From a virus (taxonomy: Duplodnaviria > Caudoviricetes), in the IMG/VR virus record IMGVR_UViG_3300044676_003370, positions 1 through 30,482 of that record: a stretch of 30,482 nucleotides of DNA, one strand, 5' to 3'. Positions 1 through 8,551 of the stretch are shown piece after piece (within the stretch, counting starts at the first letter, position 1; each line of letters begins with the position of its first letter). The notes beneath the pieces are model-generated. The model did no database searches and was not told the DNA's origin. It saw nothing but the letters and a program-made list of their open reading frames with translations. The position numbers and the translations under genes were made by a program.

Positions 1-108
1 GGTCGAGCACAAGAACGAGTACACGCCTTCTGCGTGCTCGCGTGCTGATCGTGAGTTGCTGAGTATCAGTGGTTTGCTGCAGTCGCCGCAGATGATCTTG
101 TAATCCAT
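1..108 (-). CDS. Hypothetical Cys-containing protein, truncated by window edge (MDYKIICGDCSKPL...)
   Basis: ATG overlaps upstream TAA (TAATG); RBS AGAGGAG; CxxC. Confidence 0.6.
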   Translation of the reverse strand, partial: MDYKIICGDCSKPLILSNSRSAREHAEGVYSFLCST

Positions 109-383
109 TAGTTCTCCTCTCGGGCGTGTGCTTTCAGTGCCCTCATCTTGTATGGGCCGGGTCCGAATCGACGCCCGCAGGTGCAGTATGCGTAGCGGTC
201 GACGACGTAGTCGAATCCGTGGGTCACTGTTCGGTTGTAGTGCGCGTTTTCGCAGCGCAGATCGTGACAGACCGGCGGCTGCGACGTGACCCCGCCGCAG
301 ACAACGCAGGTCGTCCAGCGGGGCGGGGTGTCGTACTCGGGGATCGTGAGATCCGACATGCCTCCGAGGGTGTGACGGCTCAT
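108..383 (-). CDS. Hypothetical Zn-finger-like protein
   Basis: ATGA overlap with 380..565; CxxC, CxC and HxxE residues. Confidence 0.6.
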   Translation of the reverse strand: MSRHTLGGMSDLTIPEYDTPPRWTTCVVCGGVTSQPPVCHDLRCENAHYNRTVTHGFDYVVDRYAYCTCGRRFGPGPYKMRALKAHAREEN

Positions 384-565
384 TGGGTCACCGCCGCTTT
401 GCCAACGGTGTTGCCGTTGACGTCGAGCAGGGCACACGAACCGACGCCCCACTCGGCAGCGTTGGCGGCGTACTTCGTCAGGATGCGGGCCACCTCGGCC
501 TCACCCCCGAAGGCGCCTTGGAAGGCGTCGTTGTCGAGGTCGATCTCGATGATGAGTTTGCTCAT
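380..565 (-). CDS. Hypothetical phage protein
   Basis: RBS AAGGAGG; tight operon packing. Confidence 0.75.
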   Translation of the reverse strand: MSKLIIEIDLDNDAFQGAFGGEAEVARILTKYAANAAEWGVGSCALLDVNGNTVGKAAVTQ

Positions 566-574
566 GATTCCTCC

Positions 575-889
575 TTAGAATGATGGGTCGCGGTAGTCAC
601 GCTGGAATCCGACGACGAGTTTCGCGTACCACTTAGTGCGTCCGTCGTACTGGTCGACCTGCAGGTAGTAGCCGTTCTTCGAGCGGAAGCGACCGAAACG
701 TCCGGCCTGCAGTTCTTTGATCTGTCCCTTGCGTGCGCCGCTCTTGAATCGAACGACGTCGGTGACGGTGCATCCGTAGGAGTCGCTACCGACGTAGAAG
801 GTGGCAGGGTCGCCGACGTTGATCTCGGTGTCAGCGAAGGGCTTCGATGTGATGCCCATCTCTTGAATGATCTGAATGATGTGGGTCAT
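575..889 (-). CDS. Hypothetical phage protein (MTHIIQ...YRDPSF)
   Basis: Start reassigned to ATG 889 (ATGA overlap, GAGGTG RBS). Confidence 0.75.
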   Translation of the reverse strand: MTHIIQIIQEMGITSKPFADTEINVGDPATFYVGSDSYGCTVTDVVRFKSGARKGQIKELQAGRFGRFRSKNGYYLQVDQYDGRTKWYAKLVVGFQRDYRDPSF

Positions 890-1116
890 GCTGACACCTC
901 TTTGCTGTCGAGCGCCTCTTTGATCAAGGCGCTGGGGTTCGGTGACACGCTGTTTCGGTATTGACGGAACAGGTGCAGGTTGGCGTCGGTGACGATGTAG
1001 CCGTCGGGGCGCCCGTTGTTGGCGTCGGCGATCGACCACGCCACGGTGTTCTCGCTGTACTCGTCGAGTGCGGCTCGGACGATGCTGAGTAGTTCTTGGC
1101 GGCTGGTGTCTTTCAT
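886..1116 (-). CDS. Hypothetical protein (MKDTSRQ...)
   Basis: RBS GGAGAGGAG before ATG 1116; first gene after the leftward promoter. Confidence 0.75.
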   Translation of the reverse strand: MKDTSRQELLSIVRAALDEYSENTVAWSIADANNGRPDGYIVTDANLHLFRQYRNSVSPNPSALIKEALDSKEVSA

Positions 1117-1138
1117 GTTGGGTCTCCTCTCCCGTGGT

Positions 1139-1212
1139 GACAACCCGAGTGTAGCACACCCCCCGTCAGAACCATGAAACGGGGGTATGGTAGAATTGGT
1201 TTTTGACGGGAG
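1139..1212. promoter_or_regulatory. Divergent promoter pair
   Basis: Minus strand ACGGGGGGTG-TGcTACACT-CGGGTT (-10 at 1148-1153); plus strand AAACGGGGGTA-TGgTAGAAT (1177-1196); imperfect inverted repeat 1162-1173/1198-1210. Confidence 0.7.
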
Positions 1213-1221
1213 GGGAAACCT

Positions 1222-1491
1222 ATGACCAAACGACGCAAGAAAATCGTCCCCGCCATCCCCCACGGATGGACAGTTACAGACGAGATCCAAATCAACGGGC
1301 GCTACCTGCGACCCGGCACCGAATTCAAGGTCGCCAGACAACGCGGACGCTTCCGCTTCACACGCCACGTCACCACACCCACCTCAACATGGGTCGACGC
1401 CCGCACAAGCGACGGGCGCTTCAAGTCCTTCGACCCCGTCCACATCAAAACGGTCCACATCAAAACACGCCTAAGGGGGGCAGCAGCATGA
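1222..1491 (+). CDS. Hypothetical basic phage protein
   Basis: RBS GGAGGGG; ATGA overlap with next gene. Confidence 0.75.
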   Translation: MTKRRKKIVPAIPHGWTVTDEIQINGRYLRPGTEFKVARQRGRFRFTRHVTTPTSTWVDARTSDGRFKSFDPVHIKTVHIKTRLRGAAA

Positions 1492-2288
1492 CCCGAGTCA
1501 ACATCTACCGAGTCGACCCGCTCGTGCAGGCATACGCCAAAGAAACGAGCAGCACCTTCAAGAAACTCGACGCCCGCTACAAGCGCATCCTGAAATCGAA
1601 GCGCTTCCAAACCGCGTTCCCCAAGTACCGGAACATCGACCTCGAAGCCGGATCGGGCGGCGGCTCCTACGCACACTTCTACAGCCACCACGGCATCAAA
1701 AAGGAACGCGGCTGGATGATCAGCCTTGGCGGCAACCGCAGCGAAGCGGTCCTGCTGCACGAGATCGCTCACCACGTCGCCCGCCTGCATCCCGAGTTCG
1801 GGTTTTGCAGGGATCACGGACCCGGTTTCGCAAGTGCCCTGCTCGCCGTCGTCAAGGTGACGCAAGGCGCCGAAGCGGAGCGGGCCCTGAAGCACACCTA
1901 CAAGGCCATCGGCGTGAAGGTGTACAGCAAGGGCAAGCGCAACGGTGTCGCCGTTCGAGTGCGCGGCGATGCGCCCGAGAAGGCACAGCCCGTGATCGAG
2001 AAGATCGTCGGCTGGAAGAAGGGCGCCGCCGACAATCGAGCGTTCATCCGAGCGGCGATGGAGCAGACGCCAGCGAAGTACGAGGATCAGCAGATCCCGT
2101 GCCCGAGCGATGGCTGCGACGGGCTCGCTGACGTGCGCTTCTACCGCTACCACTCGACGGGCTATCGCAGCCGCATCGAGTTCACGATCGAGCATCGGGA
2201 CTGCAATCTGTTGGAGTGGACGAAGGTTCGGGAGGACTGGTTTCGGGAGCGGAGGGCTGCTGCTCTCGGGATCGCCGCCCACACCTAA
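1488..2288 (+). CDS. HEXXH zinc metalloprotein (SprT/Rv0185-like)
   Basis: VLLHEIAHH...DHGPGF; start reassigned to ATG 1488. Confidence 0.75.
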   Translation: MTRVNIYRVDPLVQAYAKETSSTFKKLDARYKRILKSKRFQTAFPKYRNIDLEAGSGGGSYAHFYSHHGIKKERGWMISLGGNRSEAVLLHEIAHHVARLHPEFGFCRDHGPGFASALLAVVKVTQGAEAERALKHTYKAIGVKVYSKGKRNGVAVRVRGDAPEKAQPVIEKIVGWKKGAADNRAFIRAAMEQTPAKYEDQQIPCPSDGCDGLADVRFYRYHSTGYRSRIEFTIEHRDCNLLEWTKVREDWFRERRAAALGIAAHT

Positions 2289-2315
2289 ACCCCCGTATGC
2301 TAATCTCGGGGTAAG
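2284..2315 (+). promoter_or_regulatory. Repeated phage promoter, class A
   Basis: CCTAAACCCCCGTA-TGcTAATCT-CGGGGTAAG. Confidence 0.7.
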
Positions 2316-2336
2316 TCACAAGGGAGAGGAACCCAC

Positions 2337-2597
2337 ATGAACAAGTACACCGCCACCGACAGCAAAGGCCAACTATTCAAGCGCGGCTCGAAGAACCGCA
2401 CCTACACACACTGCGTCGTCGCCGAATGGAGCAACGGTGAAGTCGAATCATCATGGGCAGGAAGCCCCACACTAGCCGCAGCCCGAGCACAAACTTTCGA
2501 CAACAAGCGCAACATCATCGGCACCGCCGACAAATACGGCTACGTCTGGAAAAACGAAATCATCCGAGTCGAGATCCTCGAAGCCAAGGAGGCATGA
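2337..2597 (+). CDS. Hypothetical protein
   Basis: RBS GGAGAGGA downstream of promoter. Confidence 0.75.
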   Translation: MNKYTATDSKGQLFKRGSKNRTYTHCVVAEWSNGEVESSWAGSPTLAAARAQTFDNKRNIIGTADKYGYVWKNEIIRVEILEAKEA

Positions 2598-2598
2598 C

Positions 2599-2817
2599 AT
2601 GCACGCCATCCCCACCATCGGAGATGTCATCCCCCTCGCTACGGGGGATGCCATCATCCTCGACATCCACCACTACCACGGAAGCATCCGCGTGCTCGCA
2701 TCCCGAGCCCACCCTGTCCACCCGTTCGCCGTGTGGAATTGGGACAACGGCGCCCTATTCCACGGGCGCTACTTCAAGACCCTGACCGAAGCCGAAACCC
2801 ACTGGGAGACATCATGA
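2599..2817 (+). CDS. Hypothetical protein
   Basis: RBS GGAGG; packing. Confidence 0.7.
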   Translation: MHAIPTIGDVIPLATGDAIILDIHHYHGSIRVLASRAHPVHPFAVWNWDNGALFHGRYFKTLTEAETHWETS

Positions 2818-3383
2818 ACGAGATCATGACCAAGTGCGCTCACTGCAGCGACGACATCAACACCGAAGACGACATCTTCTACGGCAGCGAAACGAACGGC
2901 AACACCTACTGCGAAACCTGCCACCACGCCGACATGAACGAAGGCTCCGTCGTCATGCTCACGGGCCCCGACTACGAACGCACCCCCGAAGGCCCGTACC
3001 GCATCATCGTCGGCGACTGGTTCGTCGAGGATCTGTGGGGCGAGTCCACAAGCGACCTGCTCGTGAACCGCGTCTACAAGTCCACCGACGCTTGGCGTGG
3101 CTACTACGAAACGAGCATCTACGACTGGACCGAGGTGCTGTCCGGCTGGACGACAGGCGGCGGGGGCGACCCGATCGCTGACCGGAAGCAAGCGTTCAAC
3201 GAATGGGCCGAGAGCCTGTTCGACGGCAAGAACGTGCCGCCCGTCAACATCGCTCTGATCACCGACCCCACCTCGAACGTCTTCTCGACAGCGATCGGCG
3301 TGTTCGTGCCGGACGAGCAGGTCGAGACCTTCGAGCAGTGGATCAACGGGGAGTTAGACAACCTGAGGTATGCTCTGTCATAA
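2814..3383 (+). CDS. Hypothetical protein with N-terminal CxxC...CxxC zinc ribbon
   Basis: ATGA overlap at 2814; CAHC...CETC. Confidence 0.75.
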   Translation: MNEIMTKCAHCSDDINTEDDIFYGSETNGNTYCETCHHADMNEGSVVMLTGPDYERTPEGPYRIIVGDWFVEDLWGESTSDLLVNRVYKSTDAWRGYYETSIYDWTEVLSGWTTGGGGDPIADRKQAFNEWAESLFDGKNVPPVNIALITDPTSNVFSTAIGVFVPDEQVETFEQWINGELDNLRYALS

Positions 3384-3405
3384 CCCCTCGACAGGGAGGT
3401 AAACC

Positions 3406-3621
3406 GTGGATACATGCACGATCTGCGCGACGCCCCTCGACCCCGTGTGGGTAGAGATCGGCAACGACCGCCACTCATGGTGCGTCGAGGCTGACTGCCA
3501 GCACGGGGAACCCCGAGGCTCCCGCTACTGCGCCCTATGCCGATACGCGAACCCGCTCATCGAGCCCCCGACCCCGCCCGTCAGCAAACGCCGACGACGC
3601 CGCAAACTGGTATCAGCCTGA
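3406..3621 (+). CDS. Cys-rich hypothetical protein
   Basis: RBS AGGGAGGT; GTG start. Confidence 0.65.
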   Translation: MDTCTICATPLDPVWVEIGNDRHSWCVEADCQHGEPRGSRYCALCRYANPLIEPPTPPVSKRRRRRKLVSA

Positions 3622-3648
3622 TACCGCTCGTCTTGGAGAGGAGACGAC

Positions 3649-3750
3649 ATGGACAACTTCACCGCCCCCGAAACACACGACCACACAATCTGCGACTGCA
3701 AAGACTGCCGACAGATCCGCTGGGAATACTGGTACGAACGCGGCCAGTGA
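3649..3750 (+). CDS. 33-aa Cys/His peptide (MDNFTAPETHDHTICDCKDCRQIRWEYWYERGQ), not in ORF track
   Basis: Strong RBS GGAGAGGAG; CxCxxC. Confidence 0.6.
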   Translation: MDNFTAPETHDHTICDCKDCRQIRWEYWYERGQ

Positions 3751-3872
3751 CATATCCCACCCCCGAAAAAGGGCGTGATTATTGGGTTTCTGCCATACTC
3801 GAACACATGCGAGCAGTCGTAGCGCCCAATAACCGCGCCTCTGCCCACGGGTCAGCCCCGCGAAACCGCTGA
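3747..3872 (+). CDS. Small hypothetical protein (MTYPTPEKG...)
   Basis: GTGA overlap. Confidence 0.45.
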   Translation: MTYPTPEKGRDYWVSAILEHMRAVVAPNNRASAHGSAPRNR

Positions 3873-3905
3873 CCTGCGTCCCTGTCCCCGAGTGATCGGA
3901 TATTC

Positions 3906-4352
3906 ATGTTCACGAGCCTTGTGCTGTCCGCAGCGCTGCTGTTGACGCCCACCGCTTCCGCAGACATCGAAACGAAATCAGCGGCCCTCTCAGGAGCCGC
4001 CAAAGACATGAAGGGTTACGAGCCGAGCCTGTACACAGGCAAGTGGTACAACCCGAAATACGAGAACACCCGCAAGTGCATCATGCGCCGCGAGTCCCGC
4101 TTCAACTACCGTGCCGCCAATCGCACGTCGAGCGCCCGAGGCGCGTATCAGTTCCTTGACTCCCAATGGCGCGTATCGCTGACACACATGCTGATGCCGG
4201 AGCACGCCGACATGAAGAAAGAAGTCAAGGCGCTCCGCAAGAAGCCCATCCACAAGTGGAACCGCTACTGGCAGGATGCCGCTTTCTGGACCGTGTGGCG
4301 CCACGGCAAAGGCGCGAAACACTGGTACTACGGAGGGAGCCTCGGATGCTGA
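3906..4352 (+). CDS. Secreted lytic transglycosylase (SLT/Rpf-like lysozyme fold)
   Basis: Signal peptide ending ASA; CIMRRES...SSARGAYQFL...W motif. Confidence 0.75.
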   Translation: MFTSLVLSAALLLTPTASADIETKSAALSGAAKDMKGYEPSLYTGKWYNPKYENTRKCIMRRESRFNYRAANRTSSARGAYQFLDSQWRVSLTHMLMPEHADMKKEVKALRKKPIHKWNRYWQDAAFWTVWRHGKGAKHWYYGGSLGC

Positions 4353-4468
4353 CCTACACCGACAGAATCGCCTACGTCGTCGCCTGCCCACGATGCGGCC
4401 TCTACGCATGGAAACCCCGGTTAGAGAAAGAGGGTTGTGCGAACTGTGCTGCCCTCGACAGCCGCTAA
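4346..4468 (+). CDS. Small zinc-ribbon protein
   Basis: CPRC...CANC; overlap with upstream stop. Confidence 0.55.
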   Translation: MLTYTDRIAYVVACPRCGLYAWKPRLEKEGCANCAALDSR

Positions 4469-4485
4469 GCCTCTACCCTTGACTC

Positions 4486-4770
4486 ATGGCGAAAAAGGGC
4501 GACAAAGCACAAGACCGTCCTGACGCGGCAGCATCCCAAGAGGCGAAACTACTGTGGGCGTTCGACGGCCTCATCGACGTTGAAGGCCCCGTCATGATCA
4601 CCGCATGGGTCACGATCATCGAATACATCGACAAAGACGGCGACACGCATCTAGCGCCCCTCAGTAGCGATATGCCGCCGTGGCGAATGACCGGGATCGT
4701 GGACAGTGGCCGAGAATCTCTGATCGAGGATTACGAGTTCTTCGACGAATACGACGACTGGGACGAGTAG
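4486..4770 (+). CDS. Hypothetical acidic protein, probably leaderless
   Basis: TACCCT 6 nt before ATG. Confidence 0.7.
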   Translation: MAKKGDKAQDRPDAAASQEAKLLWAFDGLIDVEGPVMITAWVTIIEYIDKDGDTHLAPLSSDMPPWRMTGIVDSGRESLIEDYEFFDEYDDWDE

Positions 4771-4809
4771 AACGTTGAAACCGAGCCCCGGTTAGTACAC
4801 ACTAGGCCG

Positions 4810-4902
4810 ATGCGGGGTGACTGGACGTGCTTCATATGCCACGTCGAAGGCAAAGGCGGCATGAAGGTTTTCTATCAGCACTACATGCAGGCGCACGCAT
4901 GA
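4810..4902 (+). CDS. 30-aa C2H2-type zinc-finger peptide (MRGDWTCFICH...HYMQAHA), not in ORF track
   Basis: TTGAAA-17nt-CACACT-6nt-ATG; ATGA overlap with whiB. Confidence 0.55.
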   Translation: MRGDWTCFICHVEGKGGMKVFYQHYMQAHA

Positions 4903-5222
4903 GTTGGCTACCGCAAGCAGCCTGCACAGGTGAAGACCCATCACTGTTCGACCACTACAAGTTCCCCGCCGCGCACGAGGCGCTCCGCATATGCGGTAAC
5001 TGTCGATTCACCGACGAGTGCATGGAATGGGTACGCCCCAACAAATCGTATTTCGATGGCGTAGCAGCAGGTGTAGTGTGGCGTAACGGTTATCGAGTTC
5101 GGCCTGATAACAGCACTCGCGAAGATCGTTTCATTCGTCTCCGTATGGAGAAAGGGGAGGATGTTGAGCCAGCCACCTTCGTACCCGAGATTCACGGGCA
5201 GCGAACCTTGCCGTTCGACTGA
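4899..5222 (+). CDS. whiB: WhiB-family transcription factor (divergent)
   Basis: W..AAC...CGNC...C, GVAAG in place of GVWGG. Confidence 0.8.
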   Translation: MSWLPQAACTGEDPSLFDHYKFPAAHEALRICGNCRFTDECMEWVRPNKSYFDGVAAGVVWRNGYRVRPDNSTREDRFIRLRMEKGEDVEPATFVPEIHGQRTLPFD

Positions 5223-5442
5223 CCCGGAGATTTTCTTCCCCGATGCTTTCTCGGCGCAGGCTGATGCGACGATCAAGGAAATCTGTGAATGGTGCCCGAT
5301 GCGGGAGCCGTGCGCGGAGTGGGGAATTTGGTTCGAGCGGGATGGTTATTGGGGTGGACTTCGACCTACGGAGAGGCGTAGTATCCGACGTCAACGGGGG
5401 ATAGTTATCCGAAGCAGTGAGTTGCGGCAGAGCGTCGCCTAG
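5161..5442 (+). CDS. whiB: WhiB-family transcription factor
   Basis: C..TDPEIFFP...CEWCP..EPC...GYWGG..PTER. Confidence 0.9.
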   Translation: MLSQPPSYPRFTGSEPCRSTDPEIFFPDAFSAQADATIKEICEWCPMREPCAEWGIWFERDGYWGGLRPTERRSIRRQRGIVIRSSELRQSVA

Positions 5443-5450
5443 GAGGAAAC

Positions 5451-5891
5451 ATGAGCACGAATGTCACGTTGACCGGCACGTTGGGTCGAGATCCCGAATT
5501 GCGTTTCACCCCGAGCGGTAAGGCTGTCGCCACGCTCAGCGTTGTCACCTCGAAGTCGGTGATGAATGAGGAAACGAAGAAGTGGGAGAACGAGGAGGAG
5601 ACGTGGTGGCGGGTCACGGCGTGGGAGAAAATGGCCGAGAACATCGCTGAGACGTTGCTGAAGGGCGACCCGGTGGTGATTGTGGGGCGCTCGTTCATGG
5701 AGACGTATGAGGACCGTGAGGGTAATCAGCGGCAGTCTCTGAAGGTGAACGCCTACAACGTTGCGTTGGACTTGAAGCGCCGCTCGGCTACCGTGAATCG
5801 GGAGCGTCGGGAAAACGCCCCTAAGGGGGCTTCTAGGCCCGTGGAGAATGATCCGTGGGCTGGTGGTCAGGAAGATGAGCCGCCTTTCTAG
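5451..5891 (+). CDS. ssb: Single-stranded DNA-binding protein
   Basis: GTLGRDPELRFTPSGKAVA; DPW...EPPF tail typical of actinobacteria. Confidence 0.95.
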   Translation: MSTNVTLTGTLGRDPELRFTPSGKAVATLSVVTSKSVMNEETKKWENEEETWWRVTAWEKMAENIAETLLKGDPVVIVGRSFMETYEDREGNQRQSLKVNAYNVALDLKRRSATVNRERRENAPKGASRPVENDPWAGGQEDEPPF

Positions 5892-5988
5892 TCCCGAGCC
5901 GGACGAGGAGTTCTGGCGGTGGTTGGAGGCGGCGTATGTGTGGCCGGATGATGACGACGACACACCTACCCCCACTACCACCGCCTAA
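5875..5988 (+). CDS. Small acidic hypothetical protein (MSRLSSPEPDEEFWRW...)
   Basis: Fills the gap from ssb to the promoter. Confidence 0.4.
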   Translation: MSRLSSPEPDEEFWRWLEAAYVWPDDDDDTPTPTTTA

Positions 5989-6016
5989 ACCCCCTGCTGC
6001 TACACTCGGGTTTAGG
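5984..6016 (+). promoter_or_regulatory. Repeated phage promoter, class A, with perfect inverted arms
   Basis: CCTAAACCC-cctgc-TGcTACACT-c-GGGTTTAGG. Confidence 0.75.
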
Positions 6017-6048
6017 ACGGGAGAGGCCCGTCGGGGAGGGGAGACCCC

Positions 6049-6438
6049 ATGACAACCAAAACCAAAATCGACTACGCCGCGCTCTACGAGCAAGCCGAAG
6101 CCGCCGGTCGCGCCGCCGCCGACGCGGCAGTCCCTGTGCCGATGATCGTCGGTGAGGAAACGAGCCCGTTCAGTGGCGTCATCGACCACTCCAAGCCCAC
6201 TTACTTCGTGTCCGATGGCCTGTGTGGCTTCGCGTGGGTGAAGTTCGCTGGCAACACCGGATTCGGTCGTTGGGCGAAGAAGGCCGGAAAGGCTAGGCCC
6301 TCCTATGGCGGTGGTCTGCAAGTTTCGGTGTTCGGCTACGGCCAGTCCGTCGCCCGTAAGGAGGCTTACGCGCAAGCCTTCGCCGACGTCCTGCGCGAAG
6401 CAGGCGTGACCGCCTTCGCTGAGTCACGTCTCGACTAA
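6049..6438 (+). CDS. Hypothetical phage protein (GLCGFAWV motif)
   Basis: RBS GGAGGGGAG. Confidence 0.8.
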   Translation: MTTKTKIDYAALYEQAEAAGRAAADAAVPVPMIVGEETSPFSGVIDHSKPTYFVSDGLCGFAWVKFAGNTGFGRWAKKAGKARPSYGGGLQVSVFGYGQSVARKEAYAQAFADVLREAGVTAFAESRLD

Positions 6439-6443
6439 TGACT

Positions 6444-6556
6444 CCCGACGCTGGGGTAGACCTCCCTAATCGCCCTAGCGTCGGGCCCCGCCCCGGGGTC
6501 TATGCGACCGCGAGCCGCCCCCCGTCTCGCACCGATTCGCTGGCCCCGGGGCTTTC
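6444..6556 (+). ncRNA. Putative two-hairpin structured RNA with C-rich loops
   Basis: Stem 6444-6456/6473-6485, loop contains ACCUCCCU; stem 6490-6500/6542-6552 with inner stems and a C6 loop. Confidence 0.45.
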
Positions 6557-6577
6557 CACTATCCGAAAGGAATCACC

Positions 6578-6958
6578 ATGAGAAAGATCCCCGCACTGGT
6601 CGCTGCTGCAGCGCTCGCCGTGAGCGCCGCCGTGTCGGCCCCTGTAGCGCACGCTGCTACGCCCGCTTCGCAGGCGACGATCGTTGATGCGAAGAAGTCT
6701 GATTACTCGAAGAAGAAGCGCAACCGTTTCTGGCGACTCGTCCGAGCAAGCGACCCCATAGCGGCGATGGTCGGCAAAAAGTCCGTCGTCGATCTCGGTA
6801 TGAGCACCTGTGACCTGCTGCGATCCGGTGCCGATCTGTACGACCTGACCTTTTTGCTGCTCGACGCTGACGCTGGTGAGGCCGAGGATTCGATCATGCT
6901 GATCATGGCTGCAGCGCCCGTCGTGTTGTGCCCCGATCAGCAGTACAAGTTCGAGTAG
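6578..6958 (+). CDS. Secreted DUF732-like protein
   Basis: Signal peptide (AHA); G..TCDLLRSG...AA...LCP pattern. Confidence 0.65.
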   Translation: MRKIPALVAAAALAVSAAVSAPVAHAATPASQATIVDAKKSDYSKKKRNRFWRLVRASDPIAAMVGKKSVVDLGMSTCDLLRSGADLYDLTFLLLDADAGEAEDSIMLIMAAAPVVLCPDQQYKFE

Positions 6959-6967
6959 GAGCCCGCG

Positions 6968-7081
6968 ATGAGATTGACTCGACGTGGCTGGATCGTCGTC
7001 TATGGCGGCGCCGTATTGCTCGGCGCTGTCATAGGTTTCGCTACCGCCGATTACTGCTGGTACGGGTACTGTGGGATCTAG
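6968..7081 (+). CDS. Small membrane protein (MRLTRRGWIVVYGG...), not in ORF track
   Basis: RBS AGGAG; one hydrophobic helix. Confidence 0.6.
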   Translation: MRLTRRGWIVVYGGAVLLGAVIGFATADYCWYGYCGI

Positions 7082-7089
7082 GAGGAGAC

Positions 7090-7248
7090 ATGACTTACAT
7101 CGAAGCGAAGTTCACTGCCGCTGACCTGAAGCGCGTCCAGCAGGGTCGACCCCTGTGGGATGTGTTCGCCGAGGATGATGAGGCTTACCATCAGCGTAAG
7201 GCCGCCATGGAGGGGTTCGAGGAGCAGACGGAGCCCGATTATGCCTAA
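7090..7248 (+). CDS. Hypothetical protein
   Basis: RBS GGAGGAG. Confidence 0.65.
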   Translation: MTYIEAKFTAADLKRVQQGRPLWDVFAEDDEAYHQRKAAMEGFEEQTEPDYA

Positions 7249-7354
7249 GAGCAAACAGGCCGTGTGCCCGCACTGCGGAGCCAAAGGCGAACCGACGAAT
7301 CGGTATCTATTGCGTTGCACACAATACGTCGAGTGCGGCAGGTACTTCGCGTGA
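7241..7354 (+). CDS. Small zinc-ribbon protein
   Basis: CPHC...C....CG; overlap packing. Confidence 0.5.
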   Translation: MPKSKQAVCPHCGAKGEPTNRYLLRCTQYVECGRYFA

Positions 7355-7599
7355 GCATCTGGGCGAGCATCGGATGCGACGAACCCGAGATCGAGATCCT
7401 TGAAAGCGGCTACGGGCAAGACGTCGACCCGAAAGGCTGGATCGACGTCGCCCACGGCTGGGGCAACATTCGCCTGATCGTGCGATGCGAGGACTACATA
7501 CCGGGTGAGGCGTCCGTCGCGTTCACCCCCGACGGTGCTCGACGGTTGATCGAGTTGCTGCAGCGGGCCATCGAATCGGCGGAGCATCGACATGAGTGA
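7351..7599 (+). CDS. Hypothetical protein
   Basis: GTGA overlap. Confidence 0.65.
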   Translation: MSIWASIGCDEPEIEILESGYGQDVDPKGWIDVAHGWGNIRLIVRCEDYIPGEASVAFTPDGARRLIELLQRAIESAEHRHE

Positions 7600-7894
7600 T
7601 CACGACCCGCACTGTCCACCGGGGTTGAAACCGGGAGGCCCCGACGAGTGCCCCACATGCGTACTGCTCAATGCAGCACGGGTCGAGGAGCGGGAACGCT
7701 TCGCAACGATCGCCGAGCAAGCCTACGTTCGAGGACGCGAAGACGCCGCCGTCGCAGTGCGAGAGTTCAGCGTCCACTCGATCCCGTTCCTACCGTCAGA
7801 CACCCCGCTTAGCATGGCGGTGCGGGTGAAAGACATCCTCGCTATCGCCGCTATTGGAGTGAAGCAACCTAATGAAACCGAGCCTGATCAGTGA
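7592..7894 (+). CDS. Hypothetical protein
   Basis: HDPHC...CPTC; RBS GGAG. Confidence 0.65.
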   Translation: MSDHDPHCPPGLKPGGPDECPTCVLLNAARVEERERFATIAEQAYVRGREDAAVAVREFSVHSIPFLPSDTPLSMAVRVKDILAIAAIGVKQPNETEPDQ

Positions 7895-8507
7895 CATCTT
7901 CGACACGTCGCAGTCCGATCGGTCGCTGCAGAAGGCGGTAGGGCCGAGCGAGATCGGCGGCTGCCGCCGGAAGGTGTACCACCGACTACACAATGCGGAC
8001 CCCGTGAACGACACTTTGGGGGCGGCGGCGTTCATGGGCACCGCCATCCACGAGAAGATCGAGCGGCGGTTGGCTGAGATCGGCGATGACCGTTACCTGA
8101 TCGAGACTGAGGTTGAGTTCGATGGCCTGCTCGGGCACGTCGACGTGTACGACACGGTCGACCGTGAGGTGATTGACTGGAAGACGATCACGTTGAAGAA
8201 AGCCCGCTGGTTCCCGAGCGATCAGCAGTGGCTGCAGGTGCAGATCTACGGGCTGCTGTTGACGGAGAACGGTTATCCGGTGGATCGGGTGACGCTGGTG
8301 GGTATCCCTCGTGACGGTAATGAGCGTGATGTGTTGGTGCGTTCGATGGCGTGGTCGCGTGATGCGGCGATGGAGGGGATGCAGTGGCTGCGGGAGGTGC
8401 GCGAGTTGGAGGCGCCGCCGGAGCCTGAGCGTCCTGTGAGTTTCTGCCGTGATTACTGCCAGTTTTATGACCGTTTGGGCTTGTTGGGCTGCCCCGGAGG
8501 CACATAA
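7872..8507 (+). CDS. Cas4-like / PD-(D/E)xK exonuclease
   Basis: PSEIGGC, GHVD, VIDWKT, QVQIYG, C-terminal C...C...C. Confidence 0.85.
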   Translation: MKPSLISDIFDTSQSDRSLQKAVGPSEIGGCRRKVYHRLHNADPVNDTLGAAAFMGTAIHEKIERRLAEIGDDRYLIETEVEFDGLLGHVDVYDTVDREVIDWKTITLKKARWFPSDQQWLQVQIYGLLLTENGYPVDRVTLVGIPRDGNERDVLVRSMAWSRDAAMEGMQWLREVRELEAPPEPERPVSFCRDYCQFYDRLGLLGCPGGT

Positions 8508-8533
8508 CCCCCGTATGCTATCCTCGGGTTAGG
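8503..8533 (+). promoter_or_regulatory. Repeated phage promoter, class A
   Basis: CATAACCCCCGTA-TGcTATCCT-CGGGTTAGG. Confidence 0.75.
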
Positions 8534-8551
8534 AGAGGGAGGGGATGCTAC

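Noticed and set aside
6502-6687. 61-aa ORF over the hairpin region
   Set aside because: No RBS, Arg/Pro-rich, overlaps the 6578 gene
7872-8507. Cas4-like gene as evidence of CRISPR
   Set aside because: No array or other cas genes; solo Cas4-like nucleases are common in actinophages
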